From contig CM068769.1 in the NCBI GenBank assembly GCA_035084275.1, forward strand, positions 744,001 to 808,000: a stretch of DNA of 64,000 nt, written 5' to 3'. Positions 12,586-24,320 of the stretch are shown piece after piece; position 1 is the first letter of the stretch; each line of letters begins with the position of its first letter. Both the position numbers and the translations under genes were made by a program. The stretch comes from Hydrolagus colliei. Its lineage: Eukaryota. The notes beneath the pieces were generated by a model, which worked only from the letters and a program-made list of their open reading frames with translations, was not told the DNA's origin and did no database searches.

Positions 12586-13714
12586 TCTCAATCCTTGTCG
12601 TTTCATGTCAGACTCTCCGGGTGAAAAGCAAGGAGACACCAGCTAACTGCTGATAAACGTTCATGAATGTTTGTCGAGTGCTGCTAACTGTGTAGTATAT
12701 AACTATACTCTCGGTGACGCCACGACTGACGTCTCATTTCCTGTATGTTTGCTTGTTTGACATTCATTCCCCAATCGACTACAAGCCGCGTTCGTTCAGT
12801 CCAGAAGATAGGAAGTGACTGCACTTTTCAATATAGTCTTGCAATCGCTTTGAATCAGTTGAATTACGTAATCTGTGGCTGCATCTCATGCAGCAACAGA
12901 TTCAGCCACAAATATATACAGTCAATACACTTTACAGTGTAATCTATCAAGCGCTATGGGACGCTGATAATATGTGGAAAGCGCTATATCAAATGCAAGG
13001 ATTATTATATTATATATTATATAAGCAAACATAGCTATTACTGTTCGTAATATTAGTTTAGGATCTAATTGGAATGTATTATCGGAAGAACTGTCCATAG
13101 ATGCATTTATTTAGCGATAAAAGTTACTTCCATGCATTACTATGTCAAGTTATTGAACCATCTCATAGGTCTGCATAGATTTTACTCTCGAGGGCAGAGA
13201 CAGAATATTTGGCAAACTCAGCTTAGTTTGTGTAACACAAAGTCCCACGATCACATGTGAAGTGACCGTACAATTGTGCTGGAACAATGTCTGCCACGGC
13301 ACCAGTAGAAACTCTGTTCATCCTGGAGCAAAGCCATGAAATCATTATTGCCTCTTGTTTCAAGCCACGTGAAAATCCCTTTCATGTCTCCTTGGATTGA
13401 CAGGTTCTCCGACACTGCAGCCACCGCCAGGAAAAGCGACCCGCTAACTGGCTAACAGACAGGTCACAATGTACTGCTGTAACCTGCTGTAAACGTGTAT
13501 TTGTATGCCGAGTATGGGACCATGCATAAGGATTTGGGACTCGGACAGGGAATCCAACTCAGGTCCACTCGGTTGCAAGGTGAATACTCAATCCACTGCC
13601 CTCCTGGAATCCGCAGACTCTGCACAACATCCCCTCTGTTGTACTCGTCTAATCACGTAAAATTACTGAAAGCGCCAAGTTCGATGTGTGATAGGAACTC
13701 ATGAGTATCTAGTG

Positions 13715-13753
13715 AGTTGTTGTACGAGCACTCTGCCCTTCTGTAACAGTGTG
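13715..13753 (-). other. 23-RSS of V5: CACACTG, 23 bp, ACAACAACT
   Basis: Follows YLCAVE with an exact 23-bp spacer. Confidence 0.85.
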
Positions 13754-14670
13754 GTCTCCACGGCACAGAGATACACGGCGGTGTCACTCACAACCATCCT
13801 GAGAATCTGCAAGTTAATTAGTTTCTTCCCCTTGTTCACCTCGGCAGTGAAACGGTCAGCAATTCCAACAGCTTTATCTACCTTTCCCGAGGCATATATC
13901 CTGAGGACATACTGAAGAGCTCCATCGGGATATTGCCTGTAGCAGAAGATAGTGTCTATTTTTGAAACGTTCATTCTTATTGTCACGTTTTGTCCTTCAA
14001 GTTCTGTTATCTCAGGGGGGGTTTGGTACATGACACCACTCCCATTGGCCACTGGAAAAACAATACATTTCTAATTAAAAATATGAGTTAAAATTCTCTT
14101 TACTATGTATATTATGGAGAGCTTGTACACGTCTAAAATGTCAATATGAAACGCAAGAGTTGCTGTTATTACTGTAACTTTGCTGGGGAACGGTAAACGA
14201 TCACTAGTGTTTTGGTGCTGATAGATTTTCTGTCTGTGTTTGTAAATGTTAGAACTGCTTATAATTGCGAAGTTGTTCCATTCAACTTTTAACCTTGATT
14301 TTCTGTAGCTCGTGAAATAATTAATTAAAAGCTACTTCCAAATTAAAAATACACATGTCTTGGGGTTGTGTGTTTGCATTATCTCGTCTTGTCGCCGTCT
14401 CCAATCGCTTCAATGATGTGAAGCGAATTTAATGTATGTTCTGTTGGAGGAAACTTGGCATTCAACTGTGTGTAGCCGTATCCCAAAGTCATTCGTGGAT
14501 TGATCGATCAAACTAATATTATGTAAAAACTCTTTTTCGAAAGCGATTCATTAATTCACTAACAACAACGAAAACATTAAACCGATGTGCGCAGCATGCA
14601 TTGGTCATGTCCAAACATACTTACTGTTTAGAGTGAGAATTACTATCAGTAACTGGTAGTGGGCTGCCAT
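13754..14670 (-). CDS. TRAV/DV: V5: open-frame V with Cys23 absent and Trp41 to Cys; leader 14670-14625, V exon 14051-13754
   Basis: Leader MAAHYQLLIVILTLN with A|gtaagt and acceptor ttccag|TG. Exon reads ANGSGVMYQTP...VTIRMN...IFCYRQ...DTAVYLCAVE with no stops. Confidence 0.8.
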
Positions 14671-14869
14671 GCTGGCTGCTCAGGTGTGGACAGATAATAG
14701 AGTTTCTTCCTGTATAAATGGCTGCTTTGCTGCTTCAGTTTAATGTTGTGAGGCAGCAGTGGGTCTGACGTGTGAAGTGGGCTATTGTCTACATGTGTAG
14801 GCGTTGCCCACTAACTAGTGGATCTTGAACTTGATCCACCGCAACTTGGGACTTCCTCCCGACGTGCGA

Positions 14870-15195
14870 CCTCTGCTGCACAGTGGTTAGAGCTCTCTGC
14901 TTACAAGCGTGAGACCTGTGTCTGAATCTAGGCACATCAGGGCGAAACCTTGAGCAAGTCTCCTAACTCCACACACACACACACCTAATAATATTCCGTT
15001 CAAAAGTACACAATAATAAAAATGGGTCTTTTCAAGCCACGACTGTTTGTGAGGATGATGCTTGCTGTGTACAATTGTCTACTGTGGTTTGCCCACAAAT
15101 ACACAGTCACTTGCTTGGCAGTATATTGTGTGAAACGCTTTGAGACGTCGAGAAAATGTGAAAAGCGCTAAATCAAATGTAAATATTATTAATTT
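14870..15195 (+). mobile_element. Full-length tRNA-derived DeuSINE (SacSINE1-like)
   Basis: tRNA-like head, central gactgtttgtg...gctgtgtacaattg Deu-like core, L2-type tail aaacgctttgagacgtc...gtgaaaagcgct. Many degenerate copies occur across the window. Confidence 0.75.
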
Positions 15196-16143
15196 AAAAT
15201 ATGTAATGTTTTCTTTTGCTGCTGTACCGGTGATTGGAAGCTGATGTATCTCGGAAAAGAATGGAGAGTGGACTTGCAGTTAGCATACAAACAAACTGTT
15301 ATAGATGAACGCAACTCACAAGTGAGCCGACTTGTGTTTGATTCCCAGGCAGGGCGATACTTTGGGCAAATGTTCTTAATCTACACACGCAACTGCGTGT
15401 CTCTGACAATGAGTCGGATCGTGTAAATTAGTATATTGGTGGAACGCGTTGATGTCGTCTTCAACCCTTCAAAGTTAATTATTAATAATAATAATAATGA
15501 TTTTGTATTTCCTTCCCTGTCTGTTTTGGGGAACATGTTGCGTCCGCGGTGTTTCCCGCACAAAATATACAGTTACTAATTAATGCAGCAGATCGTGTGT
15601 TGTACTATCAATTGTCTGGGTGATGCGATAATACACTGTATCGAAATCACAAATTATAATTTTTTATAACTCACAAAAGAGTGTAATCTGTAAGCACTTT
15701 GAGATGTGTGGAAGATTTGAAACTGTATTCCCCTTTGTTGGAAATACATCTAAGCAAATAAGCTGTGAACTATGATTTCTAACGTGAGAAAAATAGGCCA
15801 GTATTAAAAGTGTTCCCAAATGAAACCAATAAAGAAAAACAGATTGCTGTTATCGAAATATAACACCTTGATCAAACCAATAAGATCCACGGAAGGGCGG
15901 ATGCTTGTTTGTGAGAAGTACAACAAAACATATGGATACATTGTTCATTAGTCAACCGAAGCCTTGCGTTAATCAGGCTTTAGACAAACATTTGTACATT
16001 TCAGCTGAGCCAGCTATAGTGTATAGCAGGGAAACAGTGTCAACTGTAACAGGAAGCACCTGCTGTGGCTGCCAAGCAAGTTGTTATAGAAAGCAACGTG
16101 GGAAGTTATGTCAGTTGCTGCTGATGTTATAGGTGTGTTTGTA

Positions 16144-16157
16144 TCGCCATCTGTTGG
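16144..16157 (-). promoter_or_regulatory. CTCF-like motif CCAACAGATGGCGA
   Basis: Lies in a block paralogous to 24960-25550, which carries the motif at 25261. Confidence 0.5.
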
Positions 16158-16914
16158 TTGATTGCAGCTAGAACACGTGTACTGCAGAGACAAATGATTG
16201 CAAATTGATTTCGACCCACCATATCTTTCCTGTTCCTATCCTATCCTTTGGATACTTACACCTTATTCCCATTTCCCTGCTCGTTTCTCATATTGCCTAT
16301 GCCTCAATGGGACATTCGACTCCAACCTCATTCACACTCTCGTATTGCGACTTGCCTCTGCTGGTACGTGGCACAGACTATTTAATTTTTTTCCTTGTAC
16401 TTCTCTTGTATTTGGTAATGTTACATTTCGTAACGTTGACATTAAGAATTTACATTGCTGAATCATAAGCTTGATATGGATATACATTTATATTACTTTT
16501 CTACAGCGACTCCCACATTGATGGCTCAAGGTGCTGTATTCCCTAGAGGAAAAGTGACAACTAATCTGGGTACTTGTTAACTATAACCGTCTCTTCTCAC
16601 TGTCCCATACAACAACAGTTATGGTGGTTGAAGGTGTGTTTGCTTAAGCGTTGATTTAGTTTGTTCTAACTGCACACCCAGAAATGTGTTCAGCTGTATT
16701 TTCGGCCGGATAAGTCGGGTTTTCTAACTACTGAGCTACAGGAGCTAATTATAATCGCATGAAAAGTGGGTTCTCACTTACAACAAGGTAATCAGAGACG
16801 TGTGGATTAAGGAAACTTGCCGAACTACAAACACTTGTAATTAGATAACGCCTTCTACGCATCTTAGAAAGATACTCCCTCAATAGGAATCGAACCCAGT
16901 TCCTACCGAGTTGA

Positions 16915-16949
16915 GTGGCGTTATGTGCCAATATGGCACATAACGCCAC
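16915..16949. repeat. Perfect 16-bp inverted repeat with a 3-nt loop
   Basis: gtggcgttatgtgcca-ata-tggcacataacgccac. Confidence 0.95.
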
Positions 16950-16952
16950 AAG

Positions 16953-16990
16953 GGTTTTTGTACGGGTGTCTCGGGGATGCCTTCGCTGTG
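16953..16990 (-). other. RSS of V6: CACAGCG, 22 bp, ACAAAAACC
   Basis: Consensus nonamer with a 22-bp spacer. Confidence 0.85.
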
Positions 16991-17285
16991 GGCTTCAGTG
17001 CACAAACATAGGCAGCGCTGTCGCTGAGCTGGAGGTTGTCGATCTTGAACTGGAAATGTTTCTTAGAGGAATCCATCAGGGCAGAGAAGCGTTCCTGACT
17101 GATATTCTTCCCGTAGGAATGCCTTTGGATGAGGAAAGCGGGCCCTTCACTGCGGCGCTGGCGGTAAAGCAGCACTGAGATGCTGTCACTAGTCGTGGAG
17201 ACATTACAGCTGATAGTCAGTGAGGCGCCTTCGAAACGCCAGTCTGCTTTCGGGCTCTGCCTCACCGAATCTCCATCACTGATTC
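16991..17285 (-). CDS. TRAV/DV: V6: open-frame V exon with Trp41 to Leu; leader not located
   Basis: Acceptor ctgtag|GA, then ISDGDSVRQSP...LTISC...LLYRQ...DSAAYVCALK. Possibly an ORF-class segment or a young pseudogene. Confidence 0.75.
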
Positions 17286-17379
17286 CTACAGGAAACAATT
17301 GTGCAATTCAGTGTTGAAACGATCAATACTAAGTTAGAAAACAAACTCTATTGTGGGCCACATTTCATAGAGTATATGT

Positions 17380-17700
17380 AGTTCCTGTAGCTCAGAGGTT
17401 GGAGCACTCGCGTTACAAACGTGAGACCTTTGTTCATATGCAGGCAGATCAGGAAGAGACTTTGGGCGAGTTTCCTTACTCCACATGCGCGACTAATAAT
17501 AATCCCTCCGAAAAAACAAAATATTGTGATGAAAACTGGTCATTTTCAACGCACGACTGTTTGTGGGAACGCTGCGGTGTGCAATTGGCTGCCACGTTTC
17601 GCCAACAACTATACAGTCAATTCACTTTAATGTATAATCTGTGAAGAGAATCGAGACGCCGATAAGATGTGAAAAGCGCTATATCAAATCAACGGTTATA
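17380..17700 (+). mobile_element. Full-length DeuSINE
   Basis: Head gttcctgtagctcagaggttggagcactcg, core gcaattggctgccacgtttcgcc, tail gtgaaaagcgctatatcaaat. Confidence 0.8.
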
Positions 17701-18843
17701 ATTACTGTATACTATGTCACACTTTCAGACGCTTTGAGAATGTCTTCACACACGGGGATATTTTGTTCTACAAGATGAATGTCTGTAAGAATTTGTCAGT
17801 CATTTGAAAATTAAATTGCACCGTCCTTCAAATAGAAACCTCTAATAATAATCATCTTTAAAACTTATATAGCGCTTTGCACGTTTTCTAGACGTCATTA
17901 AGCGCTTCACAGAATATACTCTGAAGTGAATTAACTGCAGATTTGTGGGTGAAACGTGACAGCGAATTGTGCACAGCAATGTTAAAGTAACCAGGGTTAA
18001 AGGAGACTCTGTTTAGAGATGACCCGTGGTACGAGCATTGACTTGGATGGCTGTCGGTAATGATATCTAGATTAACTAACCATGTAGTGAGAATGCGATG
18101 GCTGCGGAGAGCAAATATCCCAACTGCATTGCGTTCAGACACCACAATCAGCGTTTACGTCTCTGCTGCTCTTGACACCGTGTGACACTGAGGCCACAGA
18201 TATAGCTGAGAACCCTTTGTGATGTTGTCTCTTATCTGTGCGTCACTATCTCGTACCTCGAGCTGCTGTGGGCGTGTTGGACTGCTCCAATCAGATTCAG
18301 GCTTAAACGTGTACATTTGATCCTGAGTATACACACCCACAAATTACACAGTCAATTCATTTTACAGTATAGTCATTGAGAAATATTAATGGTAAGGCGA
18401 TTGATCAGATGGAAGGATCATTATAATAACGACTTATTTCCTCATTCAAACGCTCTCGCCTTCAGTCTTCATTCCAAACTTGAAACTTTATATGATCTTA
18501 TATTTAGTGTAATACCAATATATCCGACCCACCTTTATATCTCAACAATACATGTAAAAGTTCCATAAATACAAGCAACATTGACTCAAACCTCAGTGTT
18601 TCTTTGAATTCAGTTAGTAATTCATTATTAATACTAAACTTATTTTGAAGGAATTATATCTACTGTAGATGAATTCATTCACGAGTCACCAAAAAGGGGG
18701 TTGCTACTGACTCCTGTCTCAATAGAGGTATACATATACTAAGAAAACTTGTCCAAAGTTTCGCGCAGCACGTAGTCGAACCCAGGTACTCTCGCTTCCG
18801 AAGCGACTTGCTCTCACTTCTGAGCTAGAGGACACGGCATGAT

Positions 18844-18882
18844 AGTTTTTGTAGGGCGGTAACGCTGTTCTGTGTCTCTATG
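18844..18882 (-). other. 23-RSS of V7 with a defective heptamer: CATAGAG, 23 bp, ACAAAAACT
   Basis: The essential CAC is changed to CAT. Confidence 0.85.
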
Positions 18883-19842
18883 GAGCTCAGTGCACAGTAA
18901 TACACCGCCGAGTCTGTGACTCTCACTTGGGATATATTTAACGGGATGGTTCTCGCCGCTTTATCCACTGTTGTTGAGAAACGCTCTTTCGTAAAGTCTG
19001 CGTATTTGTGCTTGTTCCTGGTTGATGTGCTGAGGGTGTATTCTGGGGGTTTGTAGGGGTATTGTCGATACCAAAACAAATATGGATCGTCGCTGATTGT
19101 CACTGTTTAATTGCACTGCAGATACACATTTTCCCCTTCATTCACTGTCACAGTCGCTGGGAGCTGTGTCGCCGAGTCTCCTCCACAATGCCCTGGGAAA
19201 CACAAACACATCAGCGTTTAATGCAATAATAACGTAAACATACTTGTGTTTGATACAGCATCGTATAGAGTGATCGTGCCATCTCCAAGCGTTTGTTTCA
19301 CTGACTAGATATAGACTCCATTTTGTGGGTGAAAGCGGCAGGCAGTTGAGTGCATCTTTCCAGCACAAACGGTCATGGAATAATAATGATAATCCTTGCA
19401 TTTAGTATAGCGCTTTTCACTTATTGGAGTCGTCTCAAAGCGTTTCCCAGTGTATACTGTGAAGTTTAATGACTATATTTTCTTCAGCAGCTGCATTTAT
19501 CAAGGGATCAATAGCGTAGTAAAGTGATCTGCCCATCGACTAATAGATCGAGTCCCTAATCACTGCTCGGTAAGCAGATATATATGTGGGTCTGTGGAAA
19601 ATGTACATTTGTAATTTCGTCCACTCCCACCGGGAATCGAACTCAGATCCTTCAGCATGCGAGGCGAGTGTTCTAACCACTAGCTGTGGGAAACCACTTA
19701 TCCACAAGTGGTATAGTATGTTGCTTATTCCATGCAATAAAACTTTGACTTTGAAGAACATGTAAAGGAATTGCATCCATATGGAGTAGTTGTTTGGCTT
19801 ACCTGCGAAGGTAATGATGGCGGCTGCCACATATATGTACAT
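18883..19842 (-). pseudogene. TRAV/DV: V7 (family B): leader 19842-19803, V exon 19192-18883
   Basis: Leader MYIYVAAAIITFA-G. The exon is intact except for TAA at 19109-19107 (C-N-stop, Tyr in V9). Confidence 0.9.
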
Positions 19843-20499
19843 TGTCATCTGTGTTAATGGCACCCTGTGTTGTGGAAGCGCTGGTGGTTTAGTGGGAGAA
19901 TGTTGGCTGGGAAACTTTATGATACCATGAGGAGGACTGAACAGGCAATGACATAAACAGGTTGCCATACACTGTGAGTGAGCTGGTCTGTGGTTTATGT
20001 ACAACCTTTGGTTCTCTGTCACTGGGCGTCATCTTCTCTGCTCTGCCATCTCGCTCCTCCATTGGTTCTCTTCTAACACTGACATGCCTTTTATCAAATG
20101 GATGGCAGACACCTGCAGCAAGATAGATCGATAGATGCATTACATGTCGTCCAAACACATACATGAGTTCCACACATCTGTACAATCTGTGGACTCATGT
20201 AGTTTAATGGTATCAACACTCGCCTTACAAGCACTTTGCATGCGTTTGATGCCTGCCAGAGCGACACGTTGGTCAAGTTTACTTACTCCACACACCGACC
20301 GTGGTTTACCGAGAGTAAGTAGGATTATGGTTGATAATCGCGTAAAGAGCAGCTTTCCAGGGAAACAATCTCTCCCAGCATAGGGAACTCGATCCGTGTC
20401 TGTTTATAGGACAATGCTGTGCCGAACTGAATGCCTCGTTTCGCCAGCAAAACGAAAAGTAAGAACATTTTACGTTGTACACTGTGAAGTGATTTATAT

Positions 20500-20570
20500 C
20501 TATCTATCTATATATCTATATATATATATATACATCTATATATAATCTATATATATATATAAACTATATG
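20500..20570. repeat. (TA)n/(TATC)n microsatellite
   Basis: Read directly from the sequence. Confidence 0.85.
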
Positions 20571-20982
20571 TATATTACAAAATAGGTAGGAGGAGGTGCT
20601 CAGAGGAACTCCCACAGTGTGTGTGTATGGGGTTAGATAATTCCTTTATTTGTGTTGATCCCGGTCCTCACATCAAAACACTCAAGAATCTCGCACCATC
20701 CTACATTCGTGACTTCCTATCCCTCCCATCTCTTTACCAACATGCCCGCACCCTTCGTTCGGCTGGACCTGACCTGCTCTACGTCCCCCGATCGACCCTC
20801 CCAACCAATCGCGGGCGAACCTTCAACCACTCTGCCCCCAACATCTGGAAATCCATCCCGAATTCATTCCGCCACAGTTTGTACTGAGAAGTGAATTGAC
20901 TGTATGCGCTACTGTATAAACGTGGCAAGCCACTTCCTCTATTTTGCAACCCTAGTACTCTAACCATTGGACTGCAGTCACC

Positions 20983-23793
20983 TGGGCAGACACATAGCAG
21001 ATGAAGTTTAATGCAGAGAAGTGTGAGGTGATGCATTTTGGGAGAACAAATGAAGGGAGGCAATATAGGCTAGATAGTACAATTTTAAATGATGTGAAGG
21101 AACAGAGAGACCTGGGGATTTGTGTTAGTGACTCGTTGAAGGTGGCAGGACAGGGAGGCAAGGCTGTTAAGAAGGCATATGGGATCATAGAATCATAGAA
21201 TCATAGAATCATAGAATTTTACGGCACAAAAGGAGGCCATTCGGCCCATCTAGTCTGTGCCGGCTCTTTGAAAAGAGCGATTCAATCCCACTGCCCTGCC
21301 CGCTCCCCATAGCCTAATAGACCCGTTCTCCCTAAATAAAGATCTAATTCCCTTTTAAAAGTTGTTATCGAATCAGCCTCCACCAACTTTTCAGGAAATG
21401 CATTCCAGATTCGAACAACTCGCTGAGTGAAAAAATTTCTCCTCAGCTCCCCTCTACTGCGCCTTGAAACTATTTTAAATCTGTGACCACGAGTCACAGA
21501 TTCACCCACGAGTGGAAATAGTTTTTCTCTATTTGCCCTGTCGAAACCCCTCATGATCTTATAAACCTCTATTAGGTCTCCCCTCAATCTTCTCTGCTCC
21601 AGAGAGAATAACCCTAGCCTATCTAGCCTCTCCTCATAGCTGAAGTCCCTCAATCCTGGCACCATCCTAGTAAATCTTCTTTGTACCCTTTCCAATGACT
21701 TCACATCCTTTCTGTCGTGTGGTGACCAGAATTGAACACAGTATTCCAGCTGAGGCCTCACCAAAGTCCTATAGAGGTTAGACAGCACTTCCTGACTTTT
21801 GTACTCTATACCCCTATTTATAAAGCCTAGTATCCCATATGCCTTCTTAACAGCCTTGTCTACCTGTCCTTACACCTTCAACGAGTCACTAACACAAATC
21901 CCCATGTCTCTCTGTTCCTTTACACCATTTAAAATTGTACTATCTAGCCTATATTGCCTCCCTTCATTTCTTCTCCCAAAATGCATCACCTCACACTTCT
22001 CTGCATTAAACTTCATCTGCCATGTGTCTGCCCACTTTACCAATTTGTCTATATCCTCTTGCAGATGGCTACTATCCTCCTCACTGTTTACTATTCTCCC
22101 TAACTTAGTGTCATCTGCAAACTTGGAAACTGTACTCCGTACACCCAAGTCCGGATCATTGATGTAGATTACAAACAGCAATGGTCCCAAAACCGATCCC
22201 TGTGGCACACCACTGCTCACTTCCCTCCAGTCTGAAAAATAGCCGCTCACTACAACTCTCTGCTTTCTGTCTCGCAGCCAGTTGTGGATCCACGCTGCCA
22301 TTGTCCCTTTTACGCCATGGGCCTTTAATTTCATAATAAGTCTCTCATGTGGCACTTTGTCAAATGCCTTTTGAAAGTCCATGTAAACTACATCAACTGC
22401 GCTACCATTATCCACCCATTCCGTTACCTCATCAAAAAATTCTATCAGATTTGTAAGGCAAGATTTGCCTTTAACAAATCCATGTTGACTGTCCTTTATT
22501 AGCCTATATCTTTCTAAGTGAAGATCTACCTTGTCCCTGATTATGGACTCTAGAAGTTTGCCCACTACCGACGTTAGACTGACTGGTCTGTAGTTACCAG
22601 GCTTGTCCTTCTGCCCCTTTTTATACAAGGGAGTAACATTAGCTATCCTCCAGTCCTCTGGCACGACCCCTGTGTCCACGGAAGATTGAAAGATCGTGGC
22701 CAGAGTCCCTGCTATTTGCTCCCGTGCCTCACTTAGTAACATAGGGTGCATCGCATCCGGACCAGGTGACTTATCCACCTTGAGCGACGTCAACCTTTTT
22801 AGCACATCCTCTCTGGTTATAATTATTCTATCCATTTCTCCTACCCTCTCCTCTCATACCATGGCATTGGCTGTATCCTTTTCTTTTGTGAAGACAGAGG
22901 CGAAGTACTCATTCAGTACATCAGCCATGCCCTCTGCCTCCACAATGAGATTTCCTCCTAGGTCCCTAATTGGCCCCACCCTCTCCTTGACCAACCTTTT
23001 ACTCTTAATATGTTGGTAAAAAACCTTAGGGTTCCCCTTAATCTTACTCGCTAATTGTTTTTCATGCAGTCTCTTTGCCCCTCTAACTTCCTTTTTTAGT
23101 TCTATCCTACACTTCCTATATTCTGCTTTGTTCCCCTCTGAATTTTGAGCCTGACACTTATCATAAGCCTCGGATACTATGCTTTATAAATAGGTGTATA
23201 GAGTACAAAAGTCAGGAAGTGCTGACTAACCTCTATAAGACTTTGGTGAGGCCTCAGCTGAAATACTGTGTTCAATTCTGGTCACCACACTACAGAAAGG
23301 ATGTGAAGGCATTGGAAAGGGTACAACGAAGAAGTACTAGGATGGTGCCAGGATTGAGGGACTTCAGCTATGAGGAGAGGCTAGATAGGCTAGGGTTGTT
23401 CTCTCTGGAGCAGAGAAGATTGAGGGGAGACCTAATAGAGGTTTATAAGATCATGAGGGGTTACGACAGGGCAAATAGAGAAAAACTATTTCCACTCGTG
23501 GGCGAATCTGTGACTCGTGGTCACAGATTTAAAATAGTTTCAAGGCGAAGTGGAGGGGAGCTGAGGAGAAATCGTTTCACTCAGCGAGTTGTTCGAATCT
23601 GGAATGCATTGCCTGAAAAGGTGGTGGAGGCTGATTCGATAACAAGTTTTAAAAGGGAATTACATCTTTATTTAGGGAGAACAGGTCTATTAGGCTATGG
23701 GGAGCGGGCAGGGCAGTGGGATTGAATCGCTCTTTTCAAAGAGCCTGCACAGACTAGATGGGCCGAATGGCCTCCTTATGTGCCGTAAAATTC
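20983..23793 (+). mobile_element. Outer 5'-truncated CR1 (20983-21185 plus 23172-23793), interrupted by a second CR1
   Basis: The WQMKFN...KKAYG segment resumes in register at 23172. ggat is duplicated at both junctions. Confidence 0.9.
21186..23171 (-). mobile_element. Inner antisense CR1 with RT domain and (ATTCTATG)n tail
   Basis: ORFs 21870-22835 and 21282-21788 carry CR1 RT motifs. Tail at 21186-21216. Confidence 0.95.
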
Positions 23794-23837
23794 CTGTACA
23801 AAAACCTGTACAAAATTCCTGTACAAAAACCTTAGCA

Positions 23838-23876
23838 TGTTTTTGTACAGGTCCTTCGTAAACACACAGCACTGTG
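23838..23876 (-). other. 23-RSS of V8: CACAGTG, 23 bp, ACAAAAACA
   Basis: Near-consensus RSS. Confidence 0.95.
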
Positions 23877-24320
23877 CTCTCCGCACAGAAGTAAGTGGCG
23901 GAGTCAGACACTCGCACGTCTTGGATCGATAACGTGCTGTTTTTTCCAACAGTCAAAGCATTTATCCTCTCCTGCTGCTTCATCTTTCTCGATCCCAACA
24001 CCAAGTAAGTGATGGAGCCGTTTCCATGCTGTTTGTACCATTGAAACCCTGGGCTAGACACTGTGGTGCTGCATTCCATAATTACATTCCGATTTTCATT
24101 CTCTGTCAGAGCTTGAGGTCTCTGTGACACTTCACTTTCAGCCAAGACACCTGGGGACATAGAATATTCTTGGATAGTATTTCATAAAATGTCTGCAATA
24201 AAATTTATAATTATGTACCAGGAAAACCAGGATGCGTGTGTCCAATCTGATACTCTACTTACACAAGATTGTTGCAATTAAATAAAAAATTATATATGGT
24301 GCATTAAAATCCTGCTTCAT
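23877..24320 (-). CDS. TRAV/DV: V8 (family A), apparently functional: leader 24320-24263, V exon 24150-23877
   Basis: MKQDFNAPYIIFYLIATIL-C|VLAESEVSQRP...MEC...FQWYKQ...DSATYFCAE. Open frame with canonical splice sites. Confidence 0.9.

Noticed and set aside
15880-15900. Plus-strand CTCF-like sites at ~8841, ~15886 and ~24985
   Set aside because: Each has two or more mismatches, or a mismatch in the core AG. At most decayed sites.
19620-19690. tRNA genes (for example a tRNA-Ala-like sequence)
   Set aside because: A and B boxes are present but there is no complete acceptor stem, and they continue into SINE bodies.
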